A stretch of DNA of 64,000 nucleotides from contig JAGOUZ010000002.1 of NCBI GenBank assembly GCA_018060985.1, forward strand, positions 26,396-90,395, given 5' to 3'. The first letter of the stretch is position 1. Each line of letters opens with the position of its first letter. The stretch is from Minisyncoccota bacterium. Lineage in GTDB: Bacteria > Patescibacteriota > Minisyncoccia > Phycocordibacterales > SBAW01. Of the stretch, positions 48,297 to 57,375 are shown piece by piece. The notes beneath the pieces were generated by a model. It saw nothing but the letters and a program-made list of their open reading frames with translations. It searched no databases and was not told the DNA's origin. A program made the translations under genes and the position numbers.

Positions 48297-49415
48297 ATGA
48301 AGACGCTTCGTGCGTGGCTGCCTGTTTTTGTTGTACTCATACTTCTTGCTGCACCACTAACTGTTGATGCGCAGAGCTACTCACCTCTGGTGCAGTGCGG
48401 TGTAGACGATGGTGGTAATGGCCCCATAACGTGCGACCTCTGCGACCTAGGCAAGCTGATGCAAAACATCATCAACTTCCTCCTTGTGGGTATTGTGGTA
48501 CCTCTTGCGGCCGTTATGTTCGCCTATGCGGGTGTACTGTATTTTACCGGCGGCTCAAACCCTGGCCGCATTACGCGTGCACATAAAATATTTAAAAACG
48601 TACTTATTGGGTTTCTTATTGCCATTTCTGGCTGGCTGGTCGTCAATACTATTATGACGGTAGTGTTTAGTAAGAGTTTCTTTGATGGTGGTAAATGGTT
48701 TGAACTTCAGTGTGTAGAAACAATAAGGAATAAGTCCGATGGCGACGTTCGCCTTGCTGGAACTAATTTTAATGATCTGATCAATACTATTCTTCCTGAA
48801 GCAGAGGCTCCCGAGTATGTTCGGCCAGAGACTCCTCAGAATGTTGTTGGGTACGACTCTGCCGGTAACCCTCTGGTTTGTCCTGGAGGATATTCCTATA
48901 ACGCCGAGTTGAATGCGTGCTTCAAACCCGGTGGGGTTGGAGGTGGTAGCGAGAGCGGCGATGGAGGTGGGGCAGTAGGTGGAGGCGTAGATCCTGTGCC
49001 GGCAAACCCTGGAACGCCGGTCAGTCCAGGCCCCTTTGTTCCCGTACAAGCCGACTACACGTTTACGTTCAACAGCGGTATCAACAAACAGACTCCCCAC
49101 GCTTCTTTAAAGTTAACCTCCATGCTTAACTGCATGTCCAAAATTGTGCCCGGTAATGTGGGGCGCATCTCATCTATTTCTGACAGCATGATAGTAAATG
49201 GCACCAGAACTTGGGCGCAGTGCAAGGCGGGACAGTGTCAGCACGTCACCAACTCCTACCATTACGGCGGATCTAAGTGCGGTAACCAGTCATATGCAGT
49301 GGATTTTGGCGATGAAGAAAACTACCTCTCACTTCTCCAGGCGGCTCAGCAGTGCGATGGCCGCGCTACAAAAGAGAGCGACCATGTGCATGTACAAACG
49401 GGCACCTGCAATTAA
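48297..49415 (+). CDS. Fusion protein: signal peptide + TrbC/VirB2-like two-TM pilin-like module + Gly/Pro-rich linker + C-terminal Zn-peptidase-like domain (LAS superfamily, M23/M15-like)
   Basis: N-terminus TCDLCDLGKLMQNIINFLLVGIVVPLAAVMFAYAGVLYFTGGSNPGRITRAHKIFKNVLIGFLIAISGWLVVNTIMTVVF is homologous to the 34.4-35.8 kb pilin-like family. C-terminus has HYGG…AVDFGDE and DHVHVQ (H…D…HxH zinc-site pattern). Confidence 0.5.
   Translation: MKTLRAWLPVFVVLILLAAPLTVDAQSYSPLVQCGVDDGGNGPITCDLCDLGKLMQNIINFLLVGIVVPLAAVMFAYAGVLYFTGGSNPGRITRAHKIFKNVLIGFLIAISGWLVVNTIMTVVFSKSFFDGGKWFELQCVETIRNKSDGDVRLAGTNFNDLINTILPEAEAPEYVRPETPQNVVGYDSAGNPLVCPGGYSYNAELNACFKPGGVGGGSESGDGGGAVGGGVDPVPANPGTPVSPGPFVPVQADYTFTFNSGINKQTPHASLKLTSMLNCMSKIVPGNVGRISSISDSMIVNGTRTWAQCKAGQCQHVTNSYHYGGSKCGNQSYAVDFGDEENYLSLLQAAQQCDGRATKESDHVHVQTGTCN
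48432..48720 (+). repeat. Direct repeat copy 1 (~289 nt) = pilin-like N-terminal module; copy 2 at 49554..49842
   Basis: Long near-identical stretches by eye, for example GACCTAGGCAAGCTGATGCAAAACATCATCAACTTC and TTCGCCTATGCGGGTGTACTGTATTTTACCGGCGGCTCA in both copies. Confidence 0.8.
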
Positions 49416-49445
49416 TATGCAAAAACGAGTGCTAAAATACAGGCA

Positions 49446-50531
49446 ATGAGGAAGGTCCTTCAGGTTCTTTATGTTTGTGCAGGGTTAGCTCTGCTCCTTA
49501 TACCTGTTGCAGCATACGCACAGGGTCTTGTCCCATGCACCGGTGCTATGACCTGCGACATCTGTGACCTAGGCAAGCTGATGCAAAACATCATCAACTT
49601 CATGCTTGTGGGGATTGCCGTGCCCCTTGCTGCCCTTATGTTCGCCTATGCGGGTGTACTGTATTTTACCGGCGGCTCAGATCCTCATCGCATTGCACGC
49701 GCACGTAAGATATTTAAAAACGTCCTGACGGGCCTTCTCATCGCACTCTCTGCATGGCTCGTTGTTAACACCATTATGACGGTGGTGTTCAGTAAGGACT
49801 TTTTCACTGATAGCAAATGGTTTGAGTTGCAGTGTGTCTCCAACACAACCGCTACACCTGGCCGTCCTGGGCGTCTGATCAATACTACATTTGATGATCT
49901 TATTGGTGTCATTCTGCCGGAAGTAGACCCGCCTGAATATACACGCCCTCCAACTCCTGTTGTGGTTGGTACAAATTCAAATGGTGTACCCATAAGCTGT
50001 CCGTCTGGCGCAACCTACGATCAAAAAAACCACACCTGTGTTGGCTCAGCCGGGGAGGTTACCCAGCCAGTCCCTGTCCCTGCCATTACTCCTGGTCCAT
50101 TTCCGCCGCCAGTCACTCCCTCGGGCCCCATTAGTGCGGGATCTTGCGCTCCCAATCCTGGTGCGTTTGGTGCTAACGCCAATCTAATGTCCTGCATATG
50201 CGGTGCGGAGAGTGGCGGTATAGCCAGCCGGCCTAGCGGTTCAGATATTATGTACAACGACCCAGGTCGCAGAGCCTTTTCATGGGGTTTGTATCAAATT
50301 AATATTTCCGTCAACCAAATGATGTGTCCTGGCCAGCCAACCCTTAACTGCCCAGCTGCATTTTCTGGTAAAAATTATTCCGCTCGGGTTATAAACGAAA
50401 CGCTCTACGCTGCTTGTGTTGCTGCGGCAAAAAATCCTAGTTGCAACACTGCTTCAGCAGCGTATTTGCTCAACCATACGCCAAATGGTGCCAAAAACTG
50501 GAGTACCTATGGCAAGTGTGTAGGTCGTTAG
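49446..50531 (+). CDS. Fusion protein: signal peptide + TrbC/VirB2-like two-TM pilin-like module + Pro-rich linker + C-terminal SLT-type lytic transglycosylase domain
   Basis: N-terminal module about 85% nucleotide-identical to the upstream paralog. C-terminus CGAESGGIAS…AFSWGLYQINIS…AYLLNHTPNG matches SLT catalytic ES and GLMQ-type motifs. Confidence 0.5.
   Translation: MRKVLQVLYVCAGLALLLIPVAAYAQGLVPCTGAMTCDICDLGKLMQNIINFMLVGIAVPLAALMFAYAGVLYFTGGSDPHRIARARKIFKNVLTGLLIALSAWLVVNTIMTVVFSKDFFTDSKWFELQCVSNTTATPGRPGRLINTTFDDLIGVILPEVDPPEYTRPPTPVVVGTNSNGVPISCPSGATYDQKNHTCVGSAGEVTQPVPVPAITPGPFPPPVTPSGPISAGSCAPNPGAFGANANLMSCICGAESGGIASRPSGSDIMYNDPGRRAFSWGLYQINISVNQMMCPGQPTLNCPAAFSGKNYSARVINETLYAACVAAAKNPSCNTASAAYLLNHTPNGAKNWSTYGKCVGR
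49554..49842 (+). repeat. Direct repeat copy 2 of the pilin-like N-terminal module
   Basis: See copy 1. Equal length and same reading frame. Confidence 0.8.
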
Positions 50532-50554
50532 CAGGGTTATACTAAGTTAAGTAT

Positions 50555-51154
50555 ATGAAAACACTCACTATTGTAGGTCTAACCATCGCAGTGCTCGTTG
50601 GTCTTGGTGTTTTTTATATTCTTTCTCGAACGCCATCAACGGGTGATGCGCCTACCGACACAGGATTGTTCCCCACAGGTGGATATCAAAACGATGTATC
50701 AGTAGGGAGTGGTGGGACAGATGAGCCTGGGCAAGGGGGTACTAGTGGGTCTGACACGGGTGGCGGAAGCATTCAGCCGATAACAGAAAATTATTTTGAA
50801 GTTCAATCGCAAAGCGGCGGGCTCATTCGAGTAAAGGACTTTCGCAAGAGCGCCACTACTGTCGAAGATGATGTAAACAAGGGGACCTACTACCTTGCAG
50901 GAAATGATTTTGCTACTGCCGCATATACCCTTATGTACATCGAAGGCGATTCGAGTTTTACCATTACTATCTTTAGCGAACCCATAGGCGAGATGCGTCG
51001 CAAGGCAGAGATCGATCTTCTCGCCAAGCTCGGTATTGCAGAGCCCGTAGCCTGCAGTTTACGGTACGCAGTGTTGGTGCCAGCGAGCGCCAATGAGATA
51101 TATGCAGGTAGGAACCTGGGCTTCAGCTTCTGCCAGGGGGCCACACCGTTATAG
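50555..51154 (+). CDS. Hypothetical membrane-anchored Gly/Thr/Ser-rich protein
   Basis: N-terminal TM (LTIVGLTIAVLVGLGVFYIL), low-complexity G/T/S-rich linker, then about 110-aa globular C-terminus. No recognisable family. Confidence 0.35.
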   Translation: MKTLTIVGLTIAVLVGLGVFYILSRTPSTGDAPTDTGLFPTGGYQNDVSVGSGGTDEPGQGGTSGSDTGGGSIQPITENYFEVQSQSGGLIRVKDFRKSATTVEDDVNKGTYYLAGNDFATAAYTLMYIEGDSSFTITIFSEPIGEMRRKAEIDLLAKLGIAEPVACSLRYAVLVPASANEIYAGRNLGFSFCQGATPL

Positions 51155-51194
51155 TGTTGCGTGGTATAGCTTTCTCTGTTATAGTCTCCTCGTC

Positions 51195-51353
51195 ATGTCA
51201 CAGGATAGACTCATAAAGCTGCAATGCACCAAGTGCAAGCGCATTAACTATTGGAGCTCCAAAAACAAGAAGAAAGTGGAGCGCAAGATAGAGCTTAAAA
51301 AGTTCTGCAATTGGTGCCGGGCCTCTACCGTGCACAAAGAAGCCAAGAAGTAA
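51195..51353 (+). CDS. rpmG: 50S ribosomal protein L33
   Basis: Internal-Met product MSQDRLIKLQCTKCKRINYWSSKNKKKVERKIELKKFCNWCRASTVHKEAKK. Zn-ribbon CxxC…CxxC L33 pattern. Confidence 0.8.
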   Translation: MSQDRLIKLQCTKCKRINYWSSKNKKKVERKIELKKFCNWCRASTVHKEAKK

Positions 51354-51360
51354 TTTTTTT

Positions 51361-51433
51361 TGGCGGGCGATGAGGGAATCGAACCCCCAACTACGGTTTT
51401 GGAGACCGTCGTTATACCACTTAACTAATCGCC
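51361..51433 (-). tRNA. tRNA-Trp (anticodon CCA), CCA end encoded
   Basis: Reverse complement GGGCGATTAGTTAAGTGGTATAAC-G-ACGGT-CTCCAAA-ACCGT…GGGGG-TTCGATT-CCCTC-ATCGCCC-G-CCA. Confidence 0.85.
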
Positions 51434-51446
51434 CAATGGGGCTATA

Positions 51447-52370
51447 TTAGCCCGAAATAAAGGCCTTTGCCAGCTGCAAGGCCTTTGTTTTATTAGTGAC
51501 CCAGTGAATGTCTTTATTGCGTTTGAACCAGCGCCACTGGCGTTTGGCATATTTATTAATCTCGCGCTCTAGCTGCTCTAAAAACTCCTCTTTAGTTAGT
51601 TTGTTCTGGAGTAGGCGAGCAAGGTAACGATACTCGAGTCCTAGTTCCTCCATGCGTTTATAAGACACGCCGGCTTTGTGTAGCTTTTTTGCCTCTCGTT
51701 TCATACCCTGCTTCAAGCGGACTAGCAGGCGGTTATGAATATTTTTCTTTAATACTTCCGGGGTTGGGTTGATACCCAGCCAAAGAACCTCATATTTTTG
51801 CGAAGCCAAACTACTCGAAGCGAGTGTAGGACTCGGCCTAGCGGCCCGGAGCGCACGAGCGGGAGTAGTTTGGCGAAGCGTATGTTCTGCAATCTCGAGC
51901 GCTCTAATGATGCGCCGTTTATGCTTCGGCTCTATTGTTTTGGCTCGTGCAGGGTCTTTGGTCGTAAGTAGCTTGTAGAGTGCCTCTACGCTCATTTTCT
52001 CGAGCCTGGCGCGAAGCTTGGGGTTAGGTGGCACATTGGGGAGGACCATGCGGCCTAGGAGCGCATCTACATAAAACCCAGTGCCGCCAACTACAATCGG
52101 TAGGTTGGTCTTGCTTAGTATTTTTGTACCCTGTTTTACAAAGTCGTCAGCAGAAAATTGTTTTTTAGGCGACGCAACACTTAGCAAGTGGTGGGGGACG
52201 CCCGACATTTCTTTTTTTGTTACTTTGCCCGTGCCGATATCTAAACCTTTATATACCTGGCGACTATCGGCAGAAATTACTTCACCTTTAAGTTTTTTGG
52301 CAAGAAAAATGCCCAGGGAGCTTTTCCCCGATGCAGTTGGGCCAACAATGACGATAACCTTTGACTTCAT
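51447..52370 (-). CDS. miaA: tRNA dimethylallyltransferase
   Basis: P-loop MKSKVIVIVGPTASGKSSLGI and DSRQVYKGLDIGTGK. Start at internal Met; the listed ORF has a 47-aa spurious extension. Confidence 0.85.
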   Translation of the reverse strand: MKSKVIVIVGPTASGKSSLGIFLAKKLKGEVISADSRQVYKGLDIGTGKVTKKEMSGVPHHLLSVASPKKQFSADDFVKQGTKILSKTNLPIVVGGTGFYVDALLGRMVLPNVPPNPKLRARLEKMSVEALYKLLTTKDPARAKTIEPKHKRRIIRALEIAEHTLRQTTPARALRAARPSPTLASSSLASQKYEVLWLGINPTPEVLKKNIHNRLLVRLKQGMKREAKKLHKAGVSYKRMEELGLEYRYLARLLQNKLTKEEFLEQLEREINKYAKRQWRWFKRNKDIHWVTNKTKALQLAKAFISG

Positions 52371-52449
52371 TACCCACCACTTGTAACGCGGATATATAAA
52401 AAAGAAAAGACCGGCAGCTTGTGCTGCCGGTCGCCATGTCCCGCTGCAT

Positions 52450-53091
52450 TTAGATATCGAGCAGTTTGATGCGTGGCCCAGGATAGTTGGGAAATTTATC
52501 GGGGTGACCAAGGTCGGTGACCAGTGGCCATTTTCCCCACATCTCGTGTTCGCCCGGTGCCCAAGACGGGAGCGATTCGTTGATGAGCGAATGAACAGGG
52601 GCGCCCATCTGCTCTTCTGTCACGCCGCCGCGGTTCCAAATGAACGAGTAGGCTATGACCTTGCCGCCGTGCCGTTCGACAAGCTCGCCAACAGATTTGG
52701 CTGAGCTGCCGGTCGTCGTCACATCTTCAACCACCAGAGTGGGTTGGTTTTTTATGGCGCCAGCAAACCCCATCCGATCAAGGGTGAAGGTCCCGTCGGA
52801 CTCTTTGTCTGCCCAAGCCGTTCGCACTGAGCTGAGACGACTGCGAGCTGCGGCTGCGTATATGAGAGGTACGCCGCCCATCGCAGGGCCTGCAATCGTT
52901 GCCGCGCTCCATTCGTACGACTGCACCAGCATTTCGCCGAGGAGCGCTATGCTGCGCGGAAAGGTGAAGAGCGGGTCGACGTTGATGTAGGTGCATCCGA
53001 CCCGGCCGCTCTTGAAAGCGACAAAGTACTCGCCGGTAAGTATGCACCCCGCATCCGCCAAGAGTTTGCGGGGACTGACAACTGTTAACAT
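52450..53091 (-). CDS. pyrE: Orotate phosphoribosyltransferase (type I PRTase)
   Basis: PRPP-binding TLVVEDVTTTGSS. Adjacent to pyrF. C-terminal extension. Confidence 0.7.
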   Translation of the reverse strand: MLTVVSPRKLLADAGCILTGEYFVAFKSGRVGCTYINVDPLFTFPRSIALLGEMLVQSYEWSAATIAGPAMGGVPLIYAAAARSRLSSVRTAWADKESDGTFTLDRMGFAGAIKNQPTLVVEDVTTTGSSAKSVGELVERHGGKVIAYSFIWNRGGVTEEQMGAPVHSLINESLPSWAPGEHEMWGKWPLVTDLGHPDKFPNYPGPRIKLLDI

Positions 53092-53129
53092 TTCGTTCTC
53101 CCTGTGTGAACTCAGTTCCTTCGGAAACG

Positions 53130-53172
53130 TAGCATGACTATATGCAAAAAGAAAAGCGCCCCAAAGTATGGG
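53130..53172 (-). terminator. Intrinsic terminator (minus) downstream of pyrF
   Basis: Minus-strand GGCGCCCCC-atacttt-GGGGCGC followed by TTTTCTTTTT. Confidence 0.55.
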
Positions 53173-53192
53173 GGCGCCAGTTTCTCGAAGTG

Positions 53193-53909
53193 TCAGGCCG
53201 CTTCGAGTTCGGCTTTGATTTCCTGCGCGGCCTTCAGATTGGTGTACTTTGGCGGCGGGTGCAGAATAGGCCGGCCAACCACGATGTAGTCGGCACCAGC
53301 CTGTGCCGCCTGCGTCGGAGTCGTAACGCGCTTCTGCTCGTCCTTGCCGACAGTCCAGAGCGGGCGGATAGCCGGCGTTACTATGGTCACGTCCGGGTAT
53401 CGTGCACGCAATACCTGCGCTTCTTGGGCAGAGCAGACGAATCCTCGGATGCCGCAGCTGTAGGCGATCTCGGCGAATTGCATCACCACTGAATGGGAAT
53501 TGCGATCAAAACGTAGCAAACACGCATCGTCGTTGAGATCGGTAAGAGCGGTCACAGCCAGTGCAACTGTTTCCGTTCCCTCACACGCTTTCACGGCAGC
53601 CTCAAGTGCTGCATTGCTGGCTTGGGCGTGCAAGGTGAAGAATTTGTTGCCTCGCTTCACAATGTTGCGTGCTGCATCGCCAACAGTGTTGGCAACATCA
53701 AGGAGCTTTATGTCCCACATGGTGTTTTTCTTGCATTCACGCGCTCGGATACGAAAGTGCCGAGCTAACGTCTCGCCGAATCCGTCCTCGTTGGTTATAG
53801 CCGCGAGACCAATCTTGACCATGTCGATCTCAGGTGCCGTTTCTTTGATGAGGCGCATACCGAGGTCGTAGTCGTTGGTATCGCAAGCAAAGATCAGTTG
53901 GGTCTTCAT
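53193..53909 (-). CDS. pyrF: Orotidine 5'-phosphate decarboxylase
   Basis: LIFACDTND…, catalytic WDIKLLDVANTV, C-terminal …GADYIVVGRPI. Confidence 0.8.
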   Translation of the reverse strand: MKTQLIFACDTNDYDLGMRLIKETAPEIDMVKIGLAAITNEDGFGETLARHFRIRARECKKNTMWDIKLLDVANTVGDAARNIVKRGNKFFTLHAQASNAALEAAVKACEGTETVALAVTALTDLNDDACLLRFDRNSHSVVMQFAEIAYSCGIRGFVCSAQEAQVLRARYPDVTIVTPAIRPLWTVGKDEQKRVTTPTQAAQAGADYIVVGRPILHPPPKYTNLKAAQEIKAELEAA

Positions 53910-53995
53910 CTTTTATTCCTCCAGTTGCAGTCAGAACATCTAAAAAGCACAGTACCATAGAGATTTTTGAGGGGATAGGGTAGAGTAATTGGCAA

Positions 53996-54076
53996 GCCGG
54001 AGTGGCGTAATGGCAGCCGCGCACGACTCAAAATCGTGTCCCGCAAGGGGTGTGGGTTCGAGTCCCACCTCCGGCA
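53996..54076 (+). tRNA. tRNA-Leu (anticodon CAA)
   Basis: GCCGGAGTGGCGTAATGGCAGCCGC-G-CACGA-CTCAAAA-TCGTG plus long variable arm. GTGGG-TTCGAGT-CCCAC-CTCCGGC-A. Confidence 0.85.
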
Positions 54077-54122
54077 CCCGTAGATCTGGGAGAGAATTCA
54101 AAAGATGATATAATCTGCCGAC

Positions 54123-55166
54123 ATGGCGGGCTTTTACAACAATTCCATTTTCTGGGTAGAGGTAGAAAAGATAAAACCAAACCCTTTCCAGCCCCGCAAA
54201 GAGTTCGACGAAGACAAACTAAACGACCTCGCGAAGTCCATACGCCAGTATGGGATTTTGCAGCCGCTTACTGTTAACCGCAAAGAGGTAGAAAAGCCGG
54301 GTGGAGGCATTGCAACAGAATACGAGTTGGTGGCGGGAGAGCGCCGTTTGCGTGCGTCTAAAATAGCCGGGGTGCCGATGGTGCCAGTCCTTATTCGCGA
54401 AGCAGAAGATGACGACCAAACCAAGCTCGAGCTTGCGATCATTGAGAACCTCCAACGCGAAGATTTGAATGCCATAGACCGCGCCATTGCGTTTAATAAG
54501 CTCCACAAGGAGTTCAACTTTAAGCACACGCAGATTGCGGAGAAGATAGGCAAAAGCCGCGAATATGTGGCAAATACCATTCGCTTACTTGGTCTGCCGC
54601 CAGAGATGCAGCAGGCGGTCATTGACGGCAAGATTTCAGAGGGTCATACACGCCCGCTCCTCATGCTTATTGACCGCCCGGCAGAGCAGGCAACACTGTT
54701 TAAAGAAATTTTGCTCAAAAAACTCACGGTGCGCGACAGCGAAAACATTGCCCGTCGCATTGCAGTAGAGAAGGTTCGTAAAAAGGAGTATTTGTTTGCC
54801 CCCGATGTACTCGACATGGAGCGCGAGCTTTCGGCGGCGCTTGGTACGCGCGTAGCGATAGAGCCTAAAGAAAAGGGCGGCAAACTTGCTATTGATTACA
54901 TGACCGAAGAAGACTTGCGCGCGCTCTTTGCTGCGCTGCATGCGCGGGTTAACCCTACGCAGAATCCTCCTTCGCAAACGTCCTCGGATCTCCCGTCCGA
55001 GCCTAGCCTCGGCTCGGCGGGCCAGACTCTTGCTCAGGAAGATTCCGCTTCAGACACTGCGGCGCTGCAGCCCGGGATTGAGGACTCCACTCCAATAGAC
55101 GACCGTTCTGAAGAAGAGAAAAAGCTCGACGAAAACGCTTTCAATCCTAATAGCTTTTCTATATAA
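54123..55166 (+). CDS. parB: Chromosome partitioning protein ParB/Spo0J with extended acidic C-terminus
   Basis: ParB box ELVAGERRLRASKIAG; HTH (…IAEKIGKSREYVANTIRLLGLP). No parA in the window. Confidence 0.85.
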   Translation: MAGFYNNSIFWVEVEKIKPNPFQPRKEFDEDKLNDLAKSIRQYGILQPLTVNRKEVEKPGGGIATEYELVAGERRLRASKIAGVPMVPVLIREAEDDDQTKLELAIIENLQREDLNAIDRAIAFNKLHKEFNFKHTQIAEKIGKSREYVANTIRLLGLPPEMQQAVIDGKISEGHTRPLLMLIDRPAEQATLFKEILLKKLTVRDSENIARRIAVEKVRKKEYLFAPDVLDMERELSAALGTRVAIEPKEKGGKLAIDYMTEEDLRALFAALHARVNPTQNPPSQTSSDLPSEPSLGSAGQTLAQEDSASDTAALQPGIEDSTPIDDRSEEEKKLDENAFNPNSFSI

Positions 55167-55177
55167 TCCAATTTCCT

Positions 55178-55834
55178 ATGAAAAATGTATATCTCGTACG
55201 ACACGGCGAGAGTGAGGCGAATATTGGCAATATCTACCTTGGTGGCGAGACTCCGCTTACCGAAATAGGTCACGGTCAGGCCGAATTTATTGCCGAACGA
55301 GCATCTAAGTTGCCAATAGACGTAGTTATTGCAAGCACGCTCGTGCGTGCAAGGCAGACAGCACAGCATATTGTCGACAAAACAGGAAAGACGCTCGAGA
55401 CTTCCGATCTTTTTGTAGAGCGTCGCAGTCCATCAGAATATGTAGGTAGGCCGTATAGCGACCCCAAGACTGCGGAGATAGATAAAATTCTTGATGAAAA
55501 CTTTGGTAAACCTGACTGGAAATATTCTGACGAAGAAAATTTTGACGACATGAAGGTCCGTGCCAAAAAGGCAATGGATTTTTTAGAAGCTCGGCCTGAA
55601 CAAGAAATTTTAGTTGTTACTCACGGGCTCTTTTTGCGCATGCTGGTGGGCACTATTATGTTCGGCGATGAGTTTACTGGTAAGGAAGGGTATAGTTTAT
55701 TTAAAACGCTTAGGACAAAAAATACTGGCCTCACTATTTTTGAGCACAGTCCCGCAGACCGTGACGCTCATGACGGCAGGTTTAAAGCTTGGCGCATGCT
55801 CACCTGGAACGACCACGCGCACTTGGCAGACTAA
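55178..55834 (+). CDS. Histidine phosphatase family protein (phosphoglycerate-mutase-like)
   Basis: RHGESEAN catalytic motif (YLVRHGESEANIG); second His in VVTHGLFLRML. Confidence 0.75.
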   Translation: MKNVYLVRHGESEANIGNIYLGGETPLTEIGHGQAEFIAERASKLPIDVVIASTLVRARQTAQHIVDKTGKTLETSDLFVERRSPSEYVGRPYSDPKTAEIDKILDENFGKPDWKYSDEENFDDMKVRAKKAMDFLEARPEQEILVVTHGLFLRMLVGTIMFGDEFTGKEGYSLFKTLRTKNTGLTIFEHSPADRDAHDGRFKAWRMLTWNDHAHLAD

Positions 55835-57366
55835 GATTTATTCTTCTCCTGCTCTTCAAGTGAGTTTCTGATATGGCGACGGGCCATCGTCGTTTTAGCA
55901 AAGTCGAGCCATTTTTGTGTCGGTCGCGATGATTTGCGCGTCTCAATTTCTACAATATCGCCGTTGTGTAGCACCGTGTGGAGGGGCACCATTTTGCCGT
56001 TAACTTTGGCGCCAAATACGTGGTCGCCGAGCTCGGAGTGTATAGCGTAGGCAAAGTCGATAGGTGAGGCCTGGGTGGGGAGGTCCACCACGTCGCCGTG
56101 CGGAGTAAAGACGAATACGCGGTGGGTAAAGAGATCTGTCTTTAGAACAGTGTCAAAGTCAGGATCTTCAGTCTCGTGCTCGCTTAGGTTCTGTAGCCAC
56201 TCCGGTGCGTTAGCGCTCCCGTAGCGCGGTTTTTCTTTACCCTCGGGAGTGGCTACTTCTTTACGACGACCAAAGCTGGGTATAAGGCTGCGTATCCAGT
56301 CAAAGCTTGAGCCACGACCACTTGCAGCCCCAGCTTGCTCTTTGTAGGTTACGTGCGCTGCAATGCCGTACATCGCTTCGCGGTGCATGTCTTTGGTGCG
56401 TATTTGCACTTCTACAATGCCGCCATCGCCCGAAAATACGGTCGTGTGCAAACTTTGGTAGCCGTTTGGTTTAGGGAAGGCAATATAGTCTTTGATCTTG
56501 CCAACCAGCGGTTGCCAAAGGTTATGCACGAGGCCGAGCACGCGGTAGCAGTTGGCAACATCCTCAACCACAATGCGAATGGCTGCGATGTCGTGCACCT
56601 TGCTCACATCACCCTCTTTGCGTTTCAGCTTTTGCCACAAGCTCCAAAGACCTTTAACCCGAAAGTCAGTCTGGAAGTGTGTAATATTTTCTTTCGCGAG
56701 CTCTTTTTTGAGCATGCGGAGCATGTCTTCAAGGCGCTCCTGAGTTTCTTTTGTCTTTTCGGTCAAGAGCCTTTTGGCGTTTGCGTATTCTTCTGGGTAC
56801 GCATATTGAAAGGCAAGGTCTTCAAGCTCTTTACGCACGACGCCCATACCAAGGCGGTGGGCAATAGCCGCATAAATCTCCAGCGTCTCAAGTGCAATGC
56901 GCTTCTGCTTCTCCGGCTTTACGTATTGGAGCGTACGCATGTTATGCAGGCGGTCCATCAACTTAATGATGAGCACGCGCGTGTCTTTGCTGGTGGCGAC
57001 GAGGAGTTTGCGAAGTGACTCGCGGTGCCTTTCGGTGCCGCGGTACTTGAGGTGGCCTAGCTTGGTCACGCCTTCTACTAAAAACAAAATTTCTTTCCCG
57101 AAATCGCGCTCAATAGTTTCGGGTGCGACACCCGTGTCTTCAATAGTGTCGTGCAAAAGGCCAGCAGAAATGGTCTTTGGTCCCATGCCTATGTCTGCGA
57201 GACTCTTTGCTACGCGGCTGAGGTGCTCCATATACGGCTCACCGGAGAAGCGTTTTTGTTCTTTGTGCGCATCGGCCGCAAAGACATACGCCCGTTCTAC
57301 CAAGGCCTTTTCCTCGTTAGACGGGGGAGCGCTCATCGCCTCGATAATCTCTTTGGCGGTAACCAT
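55831..57366 (-). CDS. rel: Bifunctional (p)ppGpp synthetase/hydrolase Rel/SpoT (HD + synthetase + TGS, no ACT domain)
   Basis: HD motif LLHDTIEDT, RelA/SpoT synthetase region (…YQSLHTTV…), C-terminal TGS (…GDVVDLPTQASPIDFAYAIHSELG…). 511 aa. Confidence 0.85.
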   Translation of the reverse strand: MVTAKEIIEAMSAPPSNEEKALVERAYVFAADAHKEQKRFSGEPYMEHLSRVAKSLADIGMGPKTISAGLLHDTIEDTGVAPETIERDFGKEILFLVEGVTKLGHLKYRGTERHRESLRKLLVATSKDTRVLIIKLMDRLHNMRTLQYVKPEKQKRIALETLEIYAAIAHRLGMGVVRKELEDLAFQYAYPEEYANAKRLLTEKTKETQERLEDMLRMLKKELAKENITHFQTDFRVKGLWSLWQKLKRKEGDVSKVHDIAAIRIVVEDVANCYRVLGLVHNLWQPLVGKIKDYIAFPKPNGYQSLHTTVFSGDGGIVEVQIRTKDMHREAMYGIAAHVTYKEQAGAASGRGSSFDWIRSLIPSFGRRKEVATPEGKEKPRYGSANAPEWLQNLSEHETEDPDFDTVLKTDLFTHRVFVFTPHGDVVDLPTQASPIDFAYAIHSELGDHVFGAKVNGKMVPLHTVLHNGDIVEIETRKSSRPTQKWLDFAKTTMARRHIRNSLEEQEKNKS

Positions 57367-57375
57367 AGACCCAGT

